The notes beneath the pieces are model-generated. The model was not told the origin of the DNA and searched no databases. It saw nothing but the letters and a program-made list of their open reading frames with translations. Shown here in pieces: positions 43,176-52,718 of a stretch of 64,000 bases of DNA (the first letter of the stretch is position 1; each line of letters starts with the position of its first letter). The DNA is taken from positions 96,001 to 160,000 of the forward strand of contig CAVVMW010000006.1 of NCBI GenBank assembly GCA_963749495.1, in the 5' to 3' direction. The stretch is from an uncultured bacterium. GTDB taxonomy: Bacteria; Verrucomicrobiota; Verrucomicrobiia; Limisphaerales; UBA8199. The translations under genes and the position numbers were made by a program.

Positions 43176-43484
43176 ATGGGTCAGACAGCCGCGCCAGAAC
43201 TCCTGCCCGGAACCATCCAGGAGGCGGAAGACAAGCCCCGGTCGAACCTGGAGCCCGGCTACTTGGTGATCTGCTGGAACGACCCGGTCAACTACATGGA
43301 TTACGTGACGCACGTCTTCCAGGTGGTGTTCGGCTGGGCGCGGCAGAAGGCCCAGTTCCACATGCTGCAGGTCCACGAGCAGGGCAAGAGCGTGCTGACG
43401 CGGGAGAGCCTGGAAAAGGCGGAGCACTATGTGCACCAACTCCAGAAATACAGCCTGCACGCCACGATGGAGCAGGACCAGTGA
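43176..43484 (+). CDS. clpS: ATP-dependent Clp protease adaptor
   Basis: 'VICWNDPVNYMDYVTHVF', 'MLQVHEQGKS'. Confidence 0.92.
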   Translation: MGQTAAPELLPGTIQEAEDKPRSNLEPGYLVICWNDPVNYMDYVTHVFQVVFGWARQKAQFHMLQVHEQGKSVLTRESLEKAEHYVHQLQKYSLHATMEQDQ

Positions 43485-43485
43485 A

Positions 43486-43962
43486 GTGAACCTGATACGC
43501 ACAACCAAGACGCAGCTCCAGTTTCACCTGGCCAGGCGCGAGAAGCAGGTCCTGCTCAACCTGCTCCGGCTTTATCCGTGCCTGCCGCCGGCCCACCAAC
43601 GGCTGACCCGCTCCGGGCGGCTGCCCGAACCGGAGGCCAGCCAGCGGTTGCTCGATGAGGCCCTGGCCGAACAGCGGGAGCAAAACCGGGGCCACCTGCA
43701 GGCCCTGCTGGCCGACCCCGCGCGGCTGGCCCAACTGGAAACCGGCTGGCGCCTTTGCCTCTCGCCCGAGGACCTGGAATGGCTCCTCCAAATCCTCAAC
43801 GACATCCGCGTGGGGAGCTGGGTCAGGCTCGGCTCGCCCCAGGAACACCTCGACAAACTCGACCAACACACCGCCCCGCACTATTGGGCAATGGAGATGT
43901 CCGGCCATTTTCAGGCGGAATTCCTCGAGGCCCTCAGGGGCGAGACCGGCCAGCCTGGATGA
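43486..43962 (+). CDS. DUF2017-like protein
   Basis: Directly after clpS; 'WLLQILNDIRV' motif. Confidence 0.65.
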   Translation: MNLIRTTKTQLQFHLARREKQVLLNLLRLYPCLPPAHQRLTRSGRLPEPEASQRLLDEALAEQREQNRGHLQALLADPARLAQLETGWRLCLSPEDLEWLLQILNDIRVGSWVRLGSPQEHLDKLDQHTAPHYWAMEMSGHFQAEFLEALRGETGQPG

Positions 43963-44074
43963 TTGGAGTGATGGATTAGTGAATTGATGGATTGTTGGCC
44001 TGCCACCCATGCGGCCGGCGCCCGCGATACTGGGAAACCCTGAACCCCGAACCCCGAACCCTGAACCCTGAACC

Positions 44075-44752
44075 GTGAAACCGCCCCCCATGCACCCGGC
44101 GATACTGGACAAACGGTTGAGATTCCCCGACCCGCGCCGGGCGGGCCCGGAGGGGTTGGTGGCGGTGGGGGGCGACATGTCGGTGGAGCGCCTGTTGCTA
44201 GCCTACCGCTCGGGACTCTTTCCGTGGACAGCGGACCCGCTGACGTGGTGGTCGCCCGATCCGCGCGCTATCCTCGAACTGGAGGGTCTGCGCGTGTCGC
44301 GCAGCCTGGCCAAGGTCATCCGGCGGGCGACCTTCGGGGTCACCCTGGACCGGGCCTTTGCGGAGGTGATGGCGGGGTGCGCGGCGCCCGGGCCCGGACG
44401 ACGGGAGACGTGGATTACGCCGGAGTTCATCGAGGCCTATACGGAACTGCACCGGCAGGGCCACGCCCACAGTCTCGAATGCTGGCAAGGAACCGAATTG
44501 GCCGGGGGCATTTACGGCGTGGCCATCGGCGGGTTTTTTGCCGGTGAATTGATGTTCCACCGCGCCAACAACGCATCGAAGGTCGCCCTTTACCATCTGG
44601 TCCAGCACTTGCGCCGCCGCGGCTTTGCCCTGTTCGACATCCAGATGCTCACCCGCGTGACGGCCCAACTCGGCGGCACCGGCATCCCGCGCGAGCAGTA
44701 TCTGCGGCGCCTCCAGCAGGCGGCGGCACTGGAGGTCGCGTGGCAACCTTGA
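44075..44752 (+). CDS. aat: Leucyl/phenylalanyl-tRNA-protein transferase
   Basis: 'AYRSGLFPW', 'WWSPDPR', 'TWIT', 'GGIYGV', 'NASKVAL'. Confidence 0.93.
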   Translation: MKPPPMHPAILDKRLRFPDPRRAGPEGLVAVGGDMSVERLLLAYRSGLFPWTADPLTWWSPDPRAILELEGLRVSRSLAKVIRRATFGVTLDRAFAEVMAGCAAPGPGRRETWITPEFIEAYTELHRQGHAHSLECWQGTELAGGIYGVAIGGFFAGELMFHRANNASKVALYHLVQHLRRRGFALFDIQMLTRVTAQLGGTGIPREQYLRRLQQAAALEVAWQP

Positions 44753-44809
44753 ACTGAAAAATGCGCCCCAACGTAATGCCTCAGTAGAGGCGGGCCGGCA
44801 GAGCGGGCT

Positions 44810-44960
44810 GGCCCCTCACCCCGGCCCTCTCCCCATCGGATGGGGAGAGGGCGAATTGTCCGCAGCTCCCCGAGGAACCAGAGATGCCTGGAGGATCGAG
44901 AGGCTGCCGACGCTTCTCCCTCTCCCCTTCGGAAGGGGAGAGGGTTGGGGTGAGGGGTCG
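44810..44960. repeat. REP-like palindromic element
   Basis: CCCCTCACCCCGGCCCTCTCCCC...GGGGAGAGGGTTGGGGTGAGGGG. Confidence 0.75.
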
Positions 44961-45208
44961 GCTGGGGATTGCGCATCCTCCTTCACTGACCGGTTACGCC
45001 GCAACGCCGCGCAACACGGTCCTGACGGCGCGGCGCTAATCATTGGGTACCCAGCCCTTGCCGGGACGATATTCCCGGCTGCCGGACGAGGTGCTGCAAC
45101 CGGCGGCGATGAGCGCCGCCACCAACACGAGCAACAGACAAAGCTTTGACATGCCCGGAATTTAGTCCAGATTGTGCCTGCGGTGCAAGCCGGAGCCACA
45201 ACGGGCAT

Positions 45209-45769
45209 ATGCCTGAGAAACCAATGTTCTTGAAGGGCCAGTTGCTTCTGGACAGCGGCCAGTTGCGGGGCTCGTTTTTTCAGCGGACCGTGGTCCTGAT
45301 TTGCCAGCACGACGCCGAAGGGGCCTTCGGCCTGGTGCTCAATCGGGCAACCGGCAACAAGGTGGGCGACGTGATTGTAGCCGACCTGCCTGAGATCCTC
45401 AAGGAGTGCCCGCTTTATCTGGGCGGCCCGGTCCAGTCCTCCGCCTTGAGCTTTCTGCACAGCGACACCTTCATGCCCGACGGCAACGTGATCCCGAACC
45501 TGAGCCTGGGCCATTCCCTGGATTCGCTCATCGAGATCGGCGAATCCTTTGCCCCGACCCGAAAGGTCCGGCTCTTCGCCGGCTACGCCGGATGGAGCCC
45601 GGGCCAACTCGAAGACGAGATGAAGCGCAAGGCCTGGCTCACCCATCCCGCATCGCTCGAACTGGTCTTCGACCCGGACACCGAGGGGCTGTGGCAGAAG
45701 ATCCTGCGCCAAAAGGGGTGGCAATACAAATTGCTGGCCCAGATGCCGGAGGACCCGTCGCGGAATTGA
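45209..45769 (+). CDS. YqgE/AlgH family protein
   Basis: 'FQRTVVLICQH..EGAFGLVLN', 'GGPV', 'GYAGWSPGQLEDE'. Confidence 0.9.
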   Translation: MPEKPMFLKGQLLLDSGQLRGSFFQRTVVLICQHDAEGAFGLVLNRATGNKVGDVIVADLPEILKECPLYLGGPVQSSALSFLHSDTFMPDGNVIPNLSLGHSLDSLIEIGESFAPTRKVRLFAGYAGWSPGQLEDEMKRKAWLTHPASLELVFDPDTEGLWQKILRQKGWQYKLLAQMPEDPSRN

Positions 45770-45782
45770 ACGGAATGAAAAC

Positions 45783-45860
45783 TCTGTCGCAGCCTTTGTC
45801 GCAGCCTTTGTCGGATTCGCCATTTTTCGACAAAGGTCGCGACAAAGGCTGCGACAAAGC
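45783..45860. repeat. Hairpin of 12-bp CTTTGTCG/CGACAAAG units between convergent genes
   Basis: Three units per arm. Confidence 0.85.
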
Positions 45861-45889
45861 TGCGCAATCGGAGTTGTTCCGACAGGCCC

Positions 45890-47602
45890 TCAGGCCTTCA
45901 GCGACCGTATCCCGGCCTGGGCTTCCTCGAGGGAGAGCAGTTGGGCCTTGGGTTCGCGGCGGAGCTTGAACTCGACCTTGCCCTGTTCGAGGGTGCGTTT
46001 GCTGATGGTGAGCCGGGCGGGGATGCCGATGAGGTCGGCATCGCTGAATTTCTCGCCGGCGCGGGCGGGGCGGTCGTCGAAGAGGGCCTCCAGGCCGGCC
46101 TGTTGGAGGTGCTGGTAGATCTGCTCGGCTTGGGCGCTGACGGCGGGGTCTTCGAGGTTGAGCCCGATGAGGTGGACATCGAACGGGGCGATGGCGCGCG
46201 ACCAGATGATGCCTTTGTCGTCGTGGTTCTGCTCGATCCAGGCGGCGGCCATGCGGGAGATGCCGATGCCGTAGCAGCCCATGATGACCGGCTGGGATTT
46301 GCCCTGGGCGTCGAGGTAGCGGCAGTTCATCGCCTCGGAGTACTTGGTGCCGAGCTTGAAGATATGGCCCACCTCGATGCCGCGCGCGGCCTGCAACCGG
46401 CCCTCGCAACGCGGACAGCCTTCGGCCTCCCTGGCCAGCTTGAAATCGCCGAACTGGGGCGGAGGCAGGTCAGGCCCGAAGTTGACGTTGATGTTGTGGT
46501 AGTTGGTCTGGTTGGCACCGCACTCGAAATTGACGCGGTTGCCGGCGTATTGGTCGGCCAGGATACGCACCGCAGGAGGCAGGCCGATGGGCCCGGCATA
46601 ACCGACCTCGGCGCCGGTCAGTTTCTTGATGGTCTCGGGCGAGGCGAGGCGCAGGACCTTGCAGCCCAGGAGATTGGCCACCTTGGTTTCGTTGACCTCG
46701 CAATCGCCGCGCACCGCCACGGCCACCGGCTGGTCGTCGGCCTGGTAGATCAGCGTCTTGGTGGTCTTCCAGACCGGGATGTTCAGGAATCGGGCCAGCG
46801 GTTCTACGCCGATGAGGCCCTCGCCCAGGACGGCCTGCATGGCCTTGGGCTCTGGGTCCTGCGGGAATTCTTCGAGCCGGGATTGGGCCCGTTCCTGGTT
46901 GGCCGCGTAGTCGCAGCGGTCGCAAAAGAGGATCGTGTCCTCGCCGTTGTCAGCCAGGACCATGAATTCCTGGCTGCCGCTGCCGCCGATGGCGCCGGGG
47001 TCGGCCTCGACGGCGCGGTAGCGGAAGCCGATGCGCTCGCAAATCCGGTGATAGGCCCGCCGCATGGCGTCGTAGGCCGCCTCCAGGCCCGCCTCGTCCG
47101 CGTCGAAGCTGTAGGCGTCCTTCATGATGAACTCGCGGGCGCGCATCAGGCCGAACCGGGGCCGGATTTCGTCCCGGAACTTGGTCTGGATCTGGAAGGC
47201 GCACTTGGGCAGGTCTTTGTAGGACTTGACCTCGCGCCGGAGGACATCGGTGATGACCTCCTCGTGGGTCGGCCCCAGGCAGGCGGTGGCGCCCCGGCGG
47301 TCTTTGAACGAGAACATGATGCCGTCCACCGCCGTATAACGCTCCCAGCGGCCGGACTCGACCCACAACTCGCGCGGCTGGAGCGCGGGCAGGAGCAGTT
47401 CGACGCCGCCGGCGGCCTCCATTTCCTCGCGCACGATTTGCGAGATCTTGCCCAGGGTGCGGTGAAGCAGGGGCAGATAATTATAGACGCCGGCGCAGAG
47501 TTGCTGGATGTAGCCGGCCCGCAGCATCAGGGCGTGCGCGGCGGTCTGCGCGTCCTTTGGCGCCTCGCGCAGCGTCTTGCCCAGAAGTCGAGACTGTTTC
47601 AT
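45890..47602 (-). CDS. proS: Proline--tRNA ligase (with editing insertion)
   Basis: 'LGPTHEE', 'KFRDEIRPRFGLMRAREF', 'GIEVGHIFKLG', 'MGCYGIG'. Confidence 0.97.
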   Translation of the reverse strand: MKQSRLLGKTLREAPKDAQTAAHALMLRAGYIQQLCAGVYNYLPLLHRTLGKISQIVREEMEAAGGVELLLPALQPRELWVESGRWERYTAVDGIMFSFKDRRGATACLGPTHEEVITDVLRREVKSYKDLPKCAFQIQTKFRDEIRPRFGLMRAREFIMKDAYSFDADEAGLEAAYDAMRRAYHRICERIGFRYRAVEADPGAIGGSGSQEFMVLADNGEDTILFCDRCDYAANQERAQSRLEEFPQDPEPKAMQAVLGEGLIGVEPLARFLNIPVWKTTKTLIYQADDQPVAVAVRGDCEVNETKVANLLGCKVLRLASPETIKKLTGAEVGYAGPIGLPPAVRILADQYAGNRVNFECGANQTNYHNINVNFGPDLPPPQFGDFKLAREAEGCPRCEGRLQAARGIEVGHIFKLGTKYSEAMNCRYLDAQGKSQPVIMGCYGIGISRMAAAWIEQNHDDKGIIWSRAIAPFDVHLIGLNLEDPAVSAQAEQIYQHLQQAGLEALFDDRPARAGEKFSDADLIGIPARLTISKRTLEQGKVEFKLRREPKAQLLSLEEAQAGIRSLKA

Positions 47603-47760
47603 GTGCGCCTATCCAGTGCCCCAAAAAGGCCCCCGCCGCAAGGACAGAGTGGGGGGAGGGGCGAGGGACGAGGGACGACGGAGGAGGGACGAGGAAGAGA
47701 AAAGGGGCCGGTGTTCTGGCGCATAAACACGGATCGCCCAGGAGCGGGGCAATCCAACTG

Positions 47761-47790
47761 CCTTGCTTCCCCCGGAACATTGGATACAAT
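47761..47790 (+). promoter_or_regulatory. Putative sigma70 promoter for a leaderless transcript
   Basis: TTGCTT-N16-TACAAT, 6 nt before the ATG at 47797. Confidence 0.5.
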
Positions 47791-47796
47791 GCCCTC

Positions 47797-48036
47797 ATGA
47801 GCTACAGAACGGTGGAAGTCGAGCTGGAAAACGGGCGTGTGCAGCCGTCCGGCCCGGAATCGCTGCCGGCCAAGGCCCGTGCGCTTCTGACCATTCTGGC
47901 TGCTGAGCAGCCCCCCGACTCGGAAAGGGCCGACGGCTCGCTCGCCGAGCGTGTTGCGGACCTGGTCGGCATCGGCCGCGGCCAGTGCACGGACCTCTCG
48001 ACCAACAAGGCCCACCTGGAGGACTTCGGCCGATGA
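47797..48036 (+). CDS. Small antitoxin-like protein
   Basis: 79 aa ending 'DLSTNKAHLEDFGR'; ATGA overlap with a PIN remnant. Confidence 0.65.
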   Translation: MSYRTVEVELENGRVQPSGPESLPAKARALLTILAAEQPPDSERADGSLAERVADLVGIGRGQCTDLSTNKAHLEDFGR

Positions 48037-48127
48037 ATCGGCCATCTGCACCCTCGATGGGCGGCTCCGGTTCTTCCGAAAGAACCAGCGAGAGGTGATT
48101 CCCGTTCTCGCACCTTTCTCCCAGTAG
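48033..48127 (+). pseudogene. Internally deleted PIN toxin remnant
   Basis: ATG start, then out-of-frame 'AICTLDGRLRFFRKNQREVIPVL*', resembling the PIN C-terminus 'TLD..F..YR'. Confidence 0.55.
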
Positions 48128-48397
48128 CTGGGCAACGTTGAACTCGCTGGAGGTCTGGCCGGTGTGCTCGCAGGGCCGGCTCTCCAACCACCTCCTGAGC
48201 CTGTCCCGCCCCTTGTTGTCCACGGCGGCGCTCCACAGGCCGTGATGCGAGAAGGCCACCTTCACGCAGAATTGGCGGCATTCGTCAATCATGCATTTGC
48301 TGCCGTGCTAAACTCGCAAATGCACTGACACGCTGTTCTGGTTCCTTGACATCGTGCGCGTAATTCGCCAGCGTGCGTTGGCGCTAAGAATTGTCCT

Positions 48398-49246
48398 ATG
48401 TCTGAGAAGCACCAGTTGCAGTTGCTACGGACGTTTCAGAATCTGGTCCGGCGACACGGCTCGCTCCTGCGGCCGGAGGCCTCTCGCAACGGCGAGCGTA
48501 TGCCCTGGGCAGACGTGATGGAAGGATTTCTGGCGGTACAGCGCCGGACTGAGTTGGAGGAGAGACGGTGTGCCCCGGCTCGGCGTGCAAGGTGGGAGAT
48601 GTTGCTGCATGGGCATGATCGGGCTCGGCGCGACTGGGCGGCGCGCCAGAAAAAAACCGCTGACGATTTCAACCTGCTCGATGTCCTCGAGGCGACGGAT
48701 GACGAGCTACGTCATTCGGCAATGTTGGCTTGGCTGCTTGAACACAGGATGGAACATGGCGGGACGCATGCGCAGGGAAACCTGGGCTTCCGGCTCTTCT
48801 TAGAGGAACTGGGATTGCCGGCTGAATACGCGGAAGACGCTTATTGGGTCCGCCGTGAGGTGGTGGGTGACACGTCCAGGGTCAATATCGAAGTGGCCGC
48901 CCGCGGACGCTTCATTATCCATATTGAGAACAAGGTGCGGGCTGCCGAAGGTGACAACCAAACAGGGCGAGAGTGGGAAGATTTAGGGAGGCGGGCTGAT
49001 GCGCTCGGCGTCAAGCGATCTCGAAGGGCCGGATCTCCAGGGGACTTGCACGCCCTGTTCCTCACTCCTGAGGGCAGAACGCCCACAAATCGCAATTTTC
49101 AGGCCGTAGCGTGGAGCCGCATCGCGCGGGTAGTGGAGAATTTTGCAATGAAGGCCGAGGCGCCGGATGTCAGGTTGTTTGCGGCGCATTACGCCAAGGC
49201 GCTGCAGAAGTTCGTAGTCATGCAACCCAAAATTGAGGAGAATTGA
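48398..49246 (+). CDS. PD-(D/E)XK nuclease-family protein (PDDEXK_4-like)
   Basis: 'ELRHSAMLAWLL...H.QG', 'VRRE', 'IHIENKV.A.EGDNQ', 'LFLTPEG'; the expected Asp appears as N in 'RVNI'. Confidence 0.75.
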   Translation: MSEKHQLQLLRTFQNLVRRHGSLLRPEASRNGERMPWADVMEGFLAVQRRTELEERRCAPARRARWEMLLHGHDRARRDWAARQKKTADDFNLLDVLEATDDELRHSAMLAWLLEHRMEHGGTHAQGNLGFRLFLEELGLPAEYAEDAYWVRREVVGDTSRVNIEVAARGRFIIHIENKVRAAEGDNQTGREWEDLGRRADALGVKRSRRAGSPGDLHALFLTPEGRTPTNRNFQAVAWSRIARVVENFAMKAEAPDVRLFAAHYAKALQKFVVMQPKIEEN

Positions 49247-49247
49247 T

Positions 49248-49869
49248 ATGACAAACCAACGATTTAGGGACCACGAATTGTTTTTGCTGAAAAACTGGGC
49301 CAACGCTCGGTTGCTCGAAGAATCAATGGAGGCCGTCCGCGAGCAATACGAAGAGGTGTTTGGTGACGTGCTGGATGCGGTTCAGAAGGAGCACAAGGAG
49401 TTGGAGAGCCGAGCCATCCACAACAGCCTTGCGGACGGTGGCTACGTTGGCATTGCCAAGCAAACATGGGCATGCCACTGGCCTGGCTGGGAGCCGCCTG
49501 GGCTCTGGGTTGGGGACATCGCTCTGGAGAACCTCGTGTCGGAGGACGGGGACGCTCCCGAGGCGTACATCAAGGTGGAATCGTACCGATGGCATGCAGG
49601 TGGACCTCAAACGAGCGGAGTGCGCACTCCAGAAACGTGCTGGAAAGATCCTGAGCGAAAAGGAGTTGAAGCGGATGCGGGTCACGGGTGCGAAAAGCAA
49701 GATCTACTACAGTTACGAACTGACGGAGTCGCGCAAGGAATTGTTGGAGCTTCTGGCCAACGATTTGGACCAGTTCATCGAGCGAATGGTCGCCCATTTT
49801 GAGACGCTTGCGGGGTTCATCCCGGCGTTGGATGAGATCTTCGAAAAAACCACGCGCAAACGGAAATGA
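49248..49869 (+). CDS. Hypothetical protein, frameshift near 49580
   Basis: GAGGAG RBS; ORFs 49233..49802 and 49360..49869 complement each other. Confidence 0.55.
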
Positions 49870-49919
49870 GCCAGTGGGATTCTGACAGAAACGTGCCGAC
49901 GAGGCGTCCGCGCTCCTGT

Positions 49920-50097
49920 GTGGCGATCTGGGAAGCGCCACCGGGGAGGGGTCGAACCAGAGGTCCAAGGCTTCTCTGGCGTCGCGCACGGCCTCTTGCT
50001 CGGTGTCGCTCGCGGAGGCGCACCCGGGCAGTTCCGGGAAGAAGGCGGCCCAGCGCCCGGTCTGTGGATCCAACTCCACTACCAACCGAGGCTTCAT
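49920..50097 (-). CDS. HicB-family antitoxin (3' end disturbed)
   Basis: 'WAAFFPELPGCASASDTEQEAVRDAREALDLW'; a REP half-site follows; no hicA seen. Confidence 0.7.
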
Positions 50098-50208
50098 GCC
50101 TGTCAGCCCGGGGCCTAGCGGCGGGACAGGCAAGCTCCCTTAGGGCGAGATAAGTTCTCGCGAGTACTTTATTGCCGGGTGCCCGAGGGTTGCGGCATCA
50201 TCCGTGAC

Positions 50209-51198
50209 ATGGAACCCGCGCCAGACGCGAACGACCAGCCGAGCCATACCGTACACGACCACTTTTTCCGGGAGGCCTTCGGCAACCTGGCTGCCGCCGC
50301 CGACTTCCTCCAATCTCACCTCCCGCCCGCCCTGACGGCCGCCATGGACTGGTCGAGCCTGGAATTGGTGCCTGCCAGCTTCATCGACCAGCACCTCCAA
50401 GCCCAGAGCGCCGATTTGCTCTACCGTGTCCGATGCGGTGGGCGCGCTTGCCTGATATACTGCCTCTTGGAGCACCAGACCACAGTGCCGGCGCACATGC
50501 CTCTGCGGTTGCTGGGCTACATGGTCCGAGTCTGGCAGGAGGAGTGCGGCAAGCCTGAGCGGGCGCGGGGCCAGCCACTGCCGGTCATCATTCCGCTGGT
50601 GCTTTACCAGGGGCCGGGGACCTGGAAGGTGTCGGCCCAATTCCTGGATGGGGTGGATTGGCCGGAGGGGCTGCGGGGGGTGTTGGAGCCGTTGGTGCCG
50701 AAGTTCGAGCACGTCCTGGTGGACTTGGGCGCGGTGAGCCTGGAGGAAGTGCGGGGCAAGCTGGCCGCGCGGGTGCTGTTAGGGCTGATGAAGGCGGCGC
50801 GGGCAGGGCTGGCGATGGAATGGTTCCGGCAGGAGTTGCCGTATTTGATGGAGATGATGAAGCAGGAGAACCTGGCGGGGCTGGTGCGGACGGCGGCACG
50901 GTATTGGTTTTGCACGACGGAAATTCCACCCTCGACATGGCAGGAGGAAGTGCTTAAATTGGAGGCGGGTCAAGCGACCCGATCATTTATGAGTCTGGCA
51001 GAGCAACTGATACTGGAAGGCAAACGCGAAGGGCTGCTGGAAGGCAAACGCGAAGGGATACTCCAAGGGCGGATTCTGGCGTTGCAAGAGGTTCTCGGCC
51101 TGCCGGCCAGCCCTTTGGAGGAGTTGTCGGCCATGGAGCTCGGGCAGTTGCAGGAACTGCTTGGCCGGCTCCAGGCCCAGCTTCGTTCCCGGTCGTGA
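50209..51198 (+). CDS. Rpn/YhgA-family recombination-promoting nuclease (putative transposase)
   Basis: 'HDHFFREAF', 'SFID', 'ADLLY', 'LLEHQT', 'IIPLVLYQG', 'MSLAEQL..EGKREG'. Confidence 0.88.
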   Translation: MEPAPDANDQPSHTVHDHFFREAFGNLAAAADFLQSHLPPALTAAMDWSSLELVPASFIDQHLQAQSADLLYRVRCGGRACLIYCLLEHQTTVPAHMPLRLLGYMVRVWQEECGKPERARGQPLPVIIPLVLYQGPGTWKVSAQFLDGVDWPEGLRGVLEPLVPKFEHVLVDLGAVSLEEVRGKLAARVLLGLMKAARAGLAMEWFRQELPYLMEMMKQENLAGLVRTAARYWFCTTEIPPSTWQEEVLKLEAGQATRSFMSLAEQLILEGKREGLLEGKREGILQGRILALQEVLGLPASPLEELSAMELGQLQELLGRLQAQLRSRS

Positions 51199-51244
51199 GT
51201 CCTGGCGGGTAGCCGTTGCGACGTTCTTGAAAACCAGAGATGCC

Positions 51245-51413
51245 GCTGTCGGCGGCCTCCGTTTCCCCCTGCGCCATTTGCGAGATCTTGCCCAGGGTGC
51301 GGCGGTCTGCGCGTCCTTTGGCGCCTCGCGCAGCGTCTTGCCCAGAAGTCGAGACTGTTTCATGTGCGCCTATCCAGTGCCCCAAAAAGGCCCCCGCCGC
51401 AAGGACAGAGTGG
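51245..51413 (-). pseudogene. Duplicated, internally deleted 5' end of proS plus its upstream region
   Basis: ~51301-51413 is identical to ~47540-47652; fused to a piece matching 47436-47462. Confidence 0.9.
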
Positions 51414-51592
51414 ACAAAGGGCCGAAGGACGAGGGGCGAGGCGGCCGACGGCCTGCAGAGATAGGAGCGCGGACGCCCTCGTCCGCGCGTTTCTCCTCCG
51501 TGCAACGCGCGGACGAGGGCGTCCGCGCTCCAATTCGGAGCCCGTCGGCACTCTTGACGCGGACAGGGGTTTCGTTATAGAAGGCGGGATAT

Positions 51593-52372
51593 ATGAAAAC
51601 ACCCCATGGTCAGGTTTTTTGGCTGGCGGTTCTTGTCCTTGCGGGAGGCGCGGCGGTCGCGGCGGCGCAGGCGCAATCCAATGCGGAGGGTTTCGTTCCG
51701 ATTTTCGATGGCAAGACGTTGAAGGGCTGGCATGCGAGCGCGCGGACGGGGCACAGCGCGGCCAGCGGGCACAAGAGCGGGGGCCGGTGGGTGGCCGAGG
51801 ACGGGATGATCGTGGGGAGCCAGGACATCCCCGGCAACGGGGGCATCTTGATCACGGACGAGCAGTTTGGCGACTACGAGGTGGTGCTCGAGATGAACAA
51901 TGATTTCGGACCGGACAGCGGTCTGTTTTTGCGGAGCACGGAAGACGGGACGGCATACCAGGCGATGATCGATTATCATGCCCGGGGAAACCTGGGGGGC
52001 ATCTACGGCGAAGGGCGGCTGGGAGGCAAGCCAGCGGTGCTGAATTTCACGTTCACGGACAAGGTGACGGTCATCGTGCCGCGCACCAACTCGCCCGTGG
52101 CCTTGCCGGTGCTGGTGGAGTCGTGGCCGTTTTTCTGGCGTCATGGCCAGTGGAACGAGATCCGGGCGCGCATCGTGAACAACCCGCCCACGATCACGAC
52201 CTGGGTCAACGGGGTGAAATTCATGGAGTGGACGGAGACGCAGAAACGGCACCCGGACGCCGGCGGCATTGCCCTGCAGGTACACGGGGGCGGCGATTTC
52301 ACCAAGCAGTTCGTGCGATACCGGAATATCCGGCTCAAGAAACTGGGCGGCGTGGCCGCGGACAAACCGTAG
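51593..52372 (+). CDS. DUF1080 (3-keto-disaccharide hydrolase-like) secreted protein
   Basis: 'IFDGKTLKGW', 'DSGLFLR', 'GQWNEI', 'GIALQVH', 'YRNIRLK'. Confidence 0.88.
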   Translation: MKTPHGQVFWLAVLVLAGGAAVAAAQAQSNAEGFVPIFDGKTLKGWHASARTGHSAASGHKSGGRWVAEDGMIVGSQDIPGNGGILITDEQFGDYEVVLEMNNDFGPDSGLFLRSTEDGTAYQAMIDYHARGNLGGIYGEGRLGGKPAVLNFTFTDKVTVIVPRTNSPVALPVLVESWPFFWRHGQWNEIRARIVNNPPTITTWVNGVKFMEWTETQKRHPDAGGIALQVHGGGDFTKQFVRYRNIRLKKLGGVAADKP

Positions 52373-52484
52373 AGCATCCGGGCACTGGCCGGATGGGTCG
52401 GACGCGTCGGGCCGGTTTGCGCGCCGGGCGCGATTAGAATTGTCGGTCAGCCGCCGGCGCCCCTTTGCCCCGCAGGGGCTTCCG

Positions 52485-52655
52485 AGAATAGCCCGGCGTT
52501 TCAACGCCGGGTTAGCGGACCCGAAAAGCAGGTCCGTCCCGAAGGGACGGTTGAAAGCAAGGAGCGTTCTCAGCCGTCCCTTCGGGACGAGGATCCCTTT
52601 CCTGGCCTCCCCGGCGTTGAAACGCCGGGCTATTGTCAGATGTCCCTCCGGGACA
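52485..52655. repeat. REP-like palindromic element
   Basis: AATAGCCCGGCGTTTCAACGCCGGG / CCCGGCGTTGAAACGCCGGGCTATT and GTCCCGAAGGGAC / GTCCCTTCGGGAC. Confidence 0.8.
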
Positions 52656-52718
52656 AAACTCCCAGGCCACATGCCCGAGGCTTTTAATCGCAGCCTTCCG
52701 CCCCTCGCCCCTCGCCCC

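Noticed and set aside
45941..47800. 619-aa plus-strand ORF (and similar long antisense ORFs such as 59894..61702 and 16362..17990)
   Set aside because: Shadow ORFs opposite real genes, typical of high-GC codon bias
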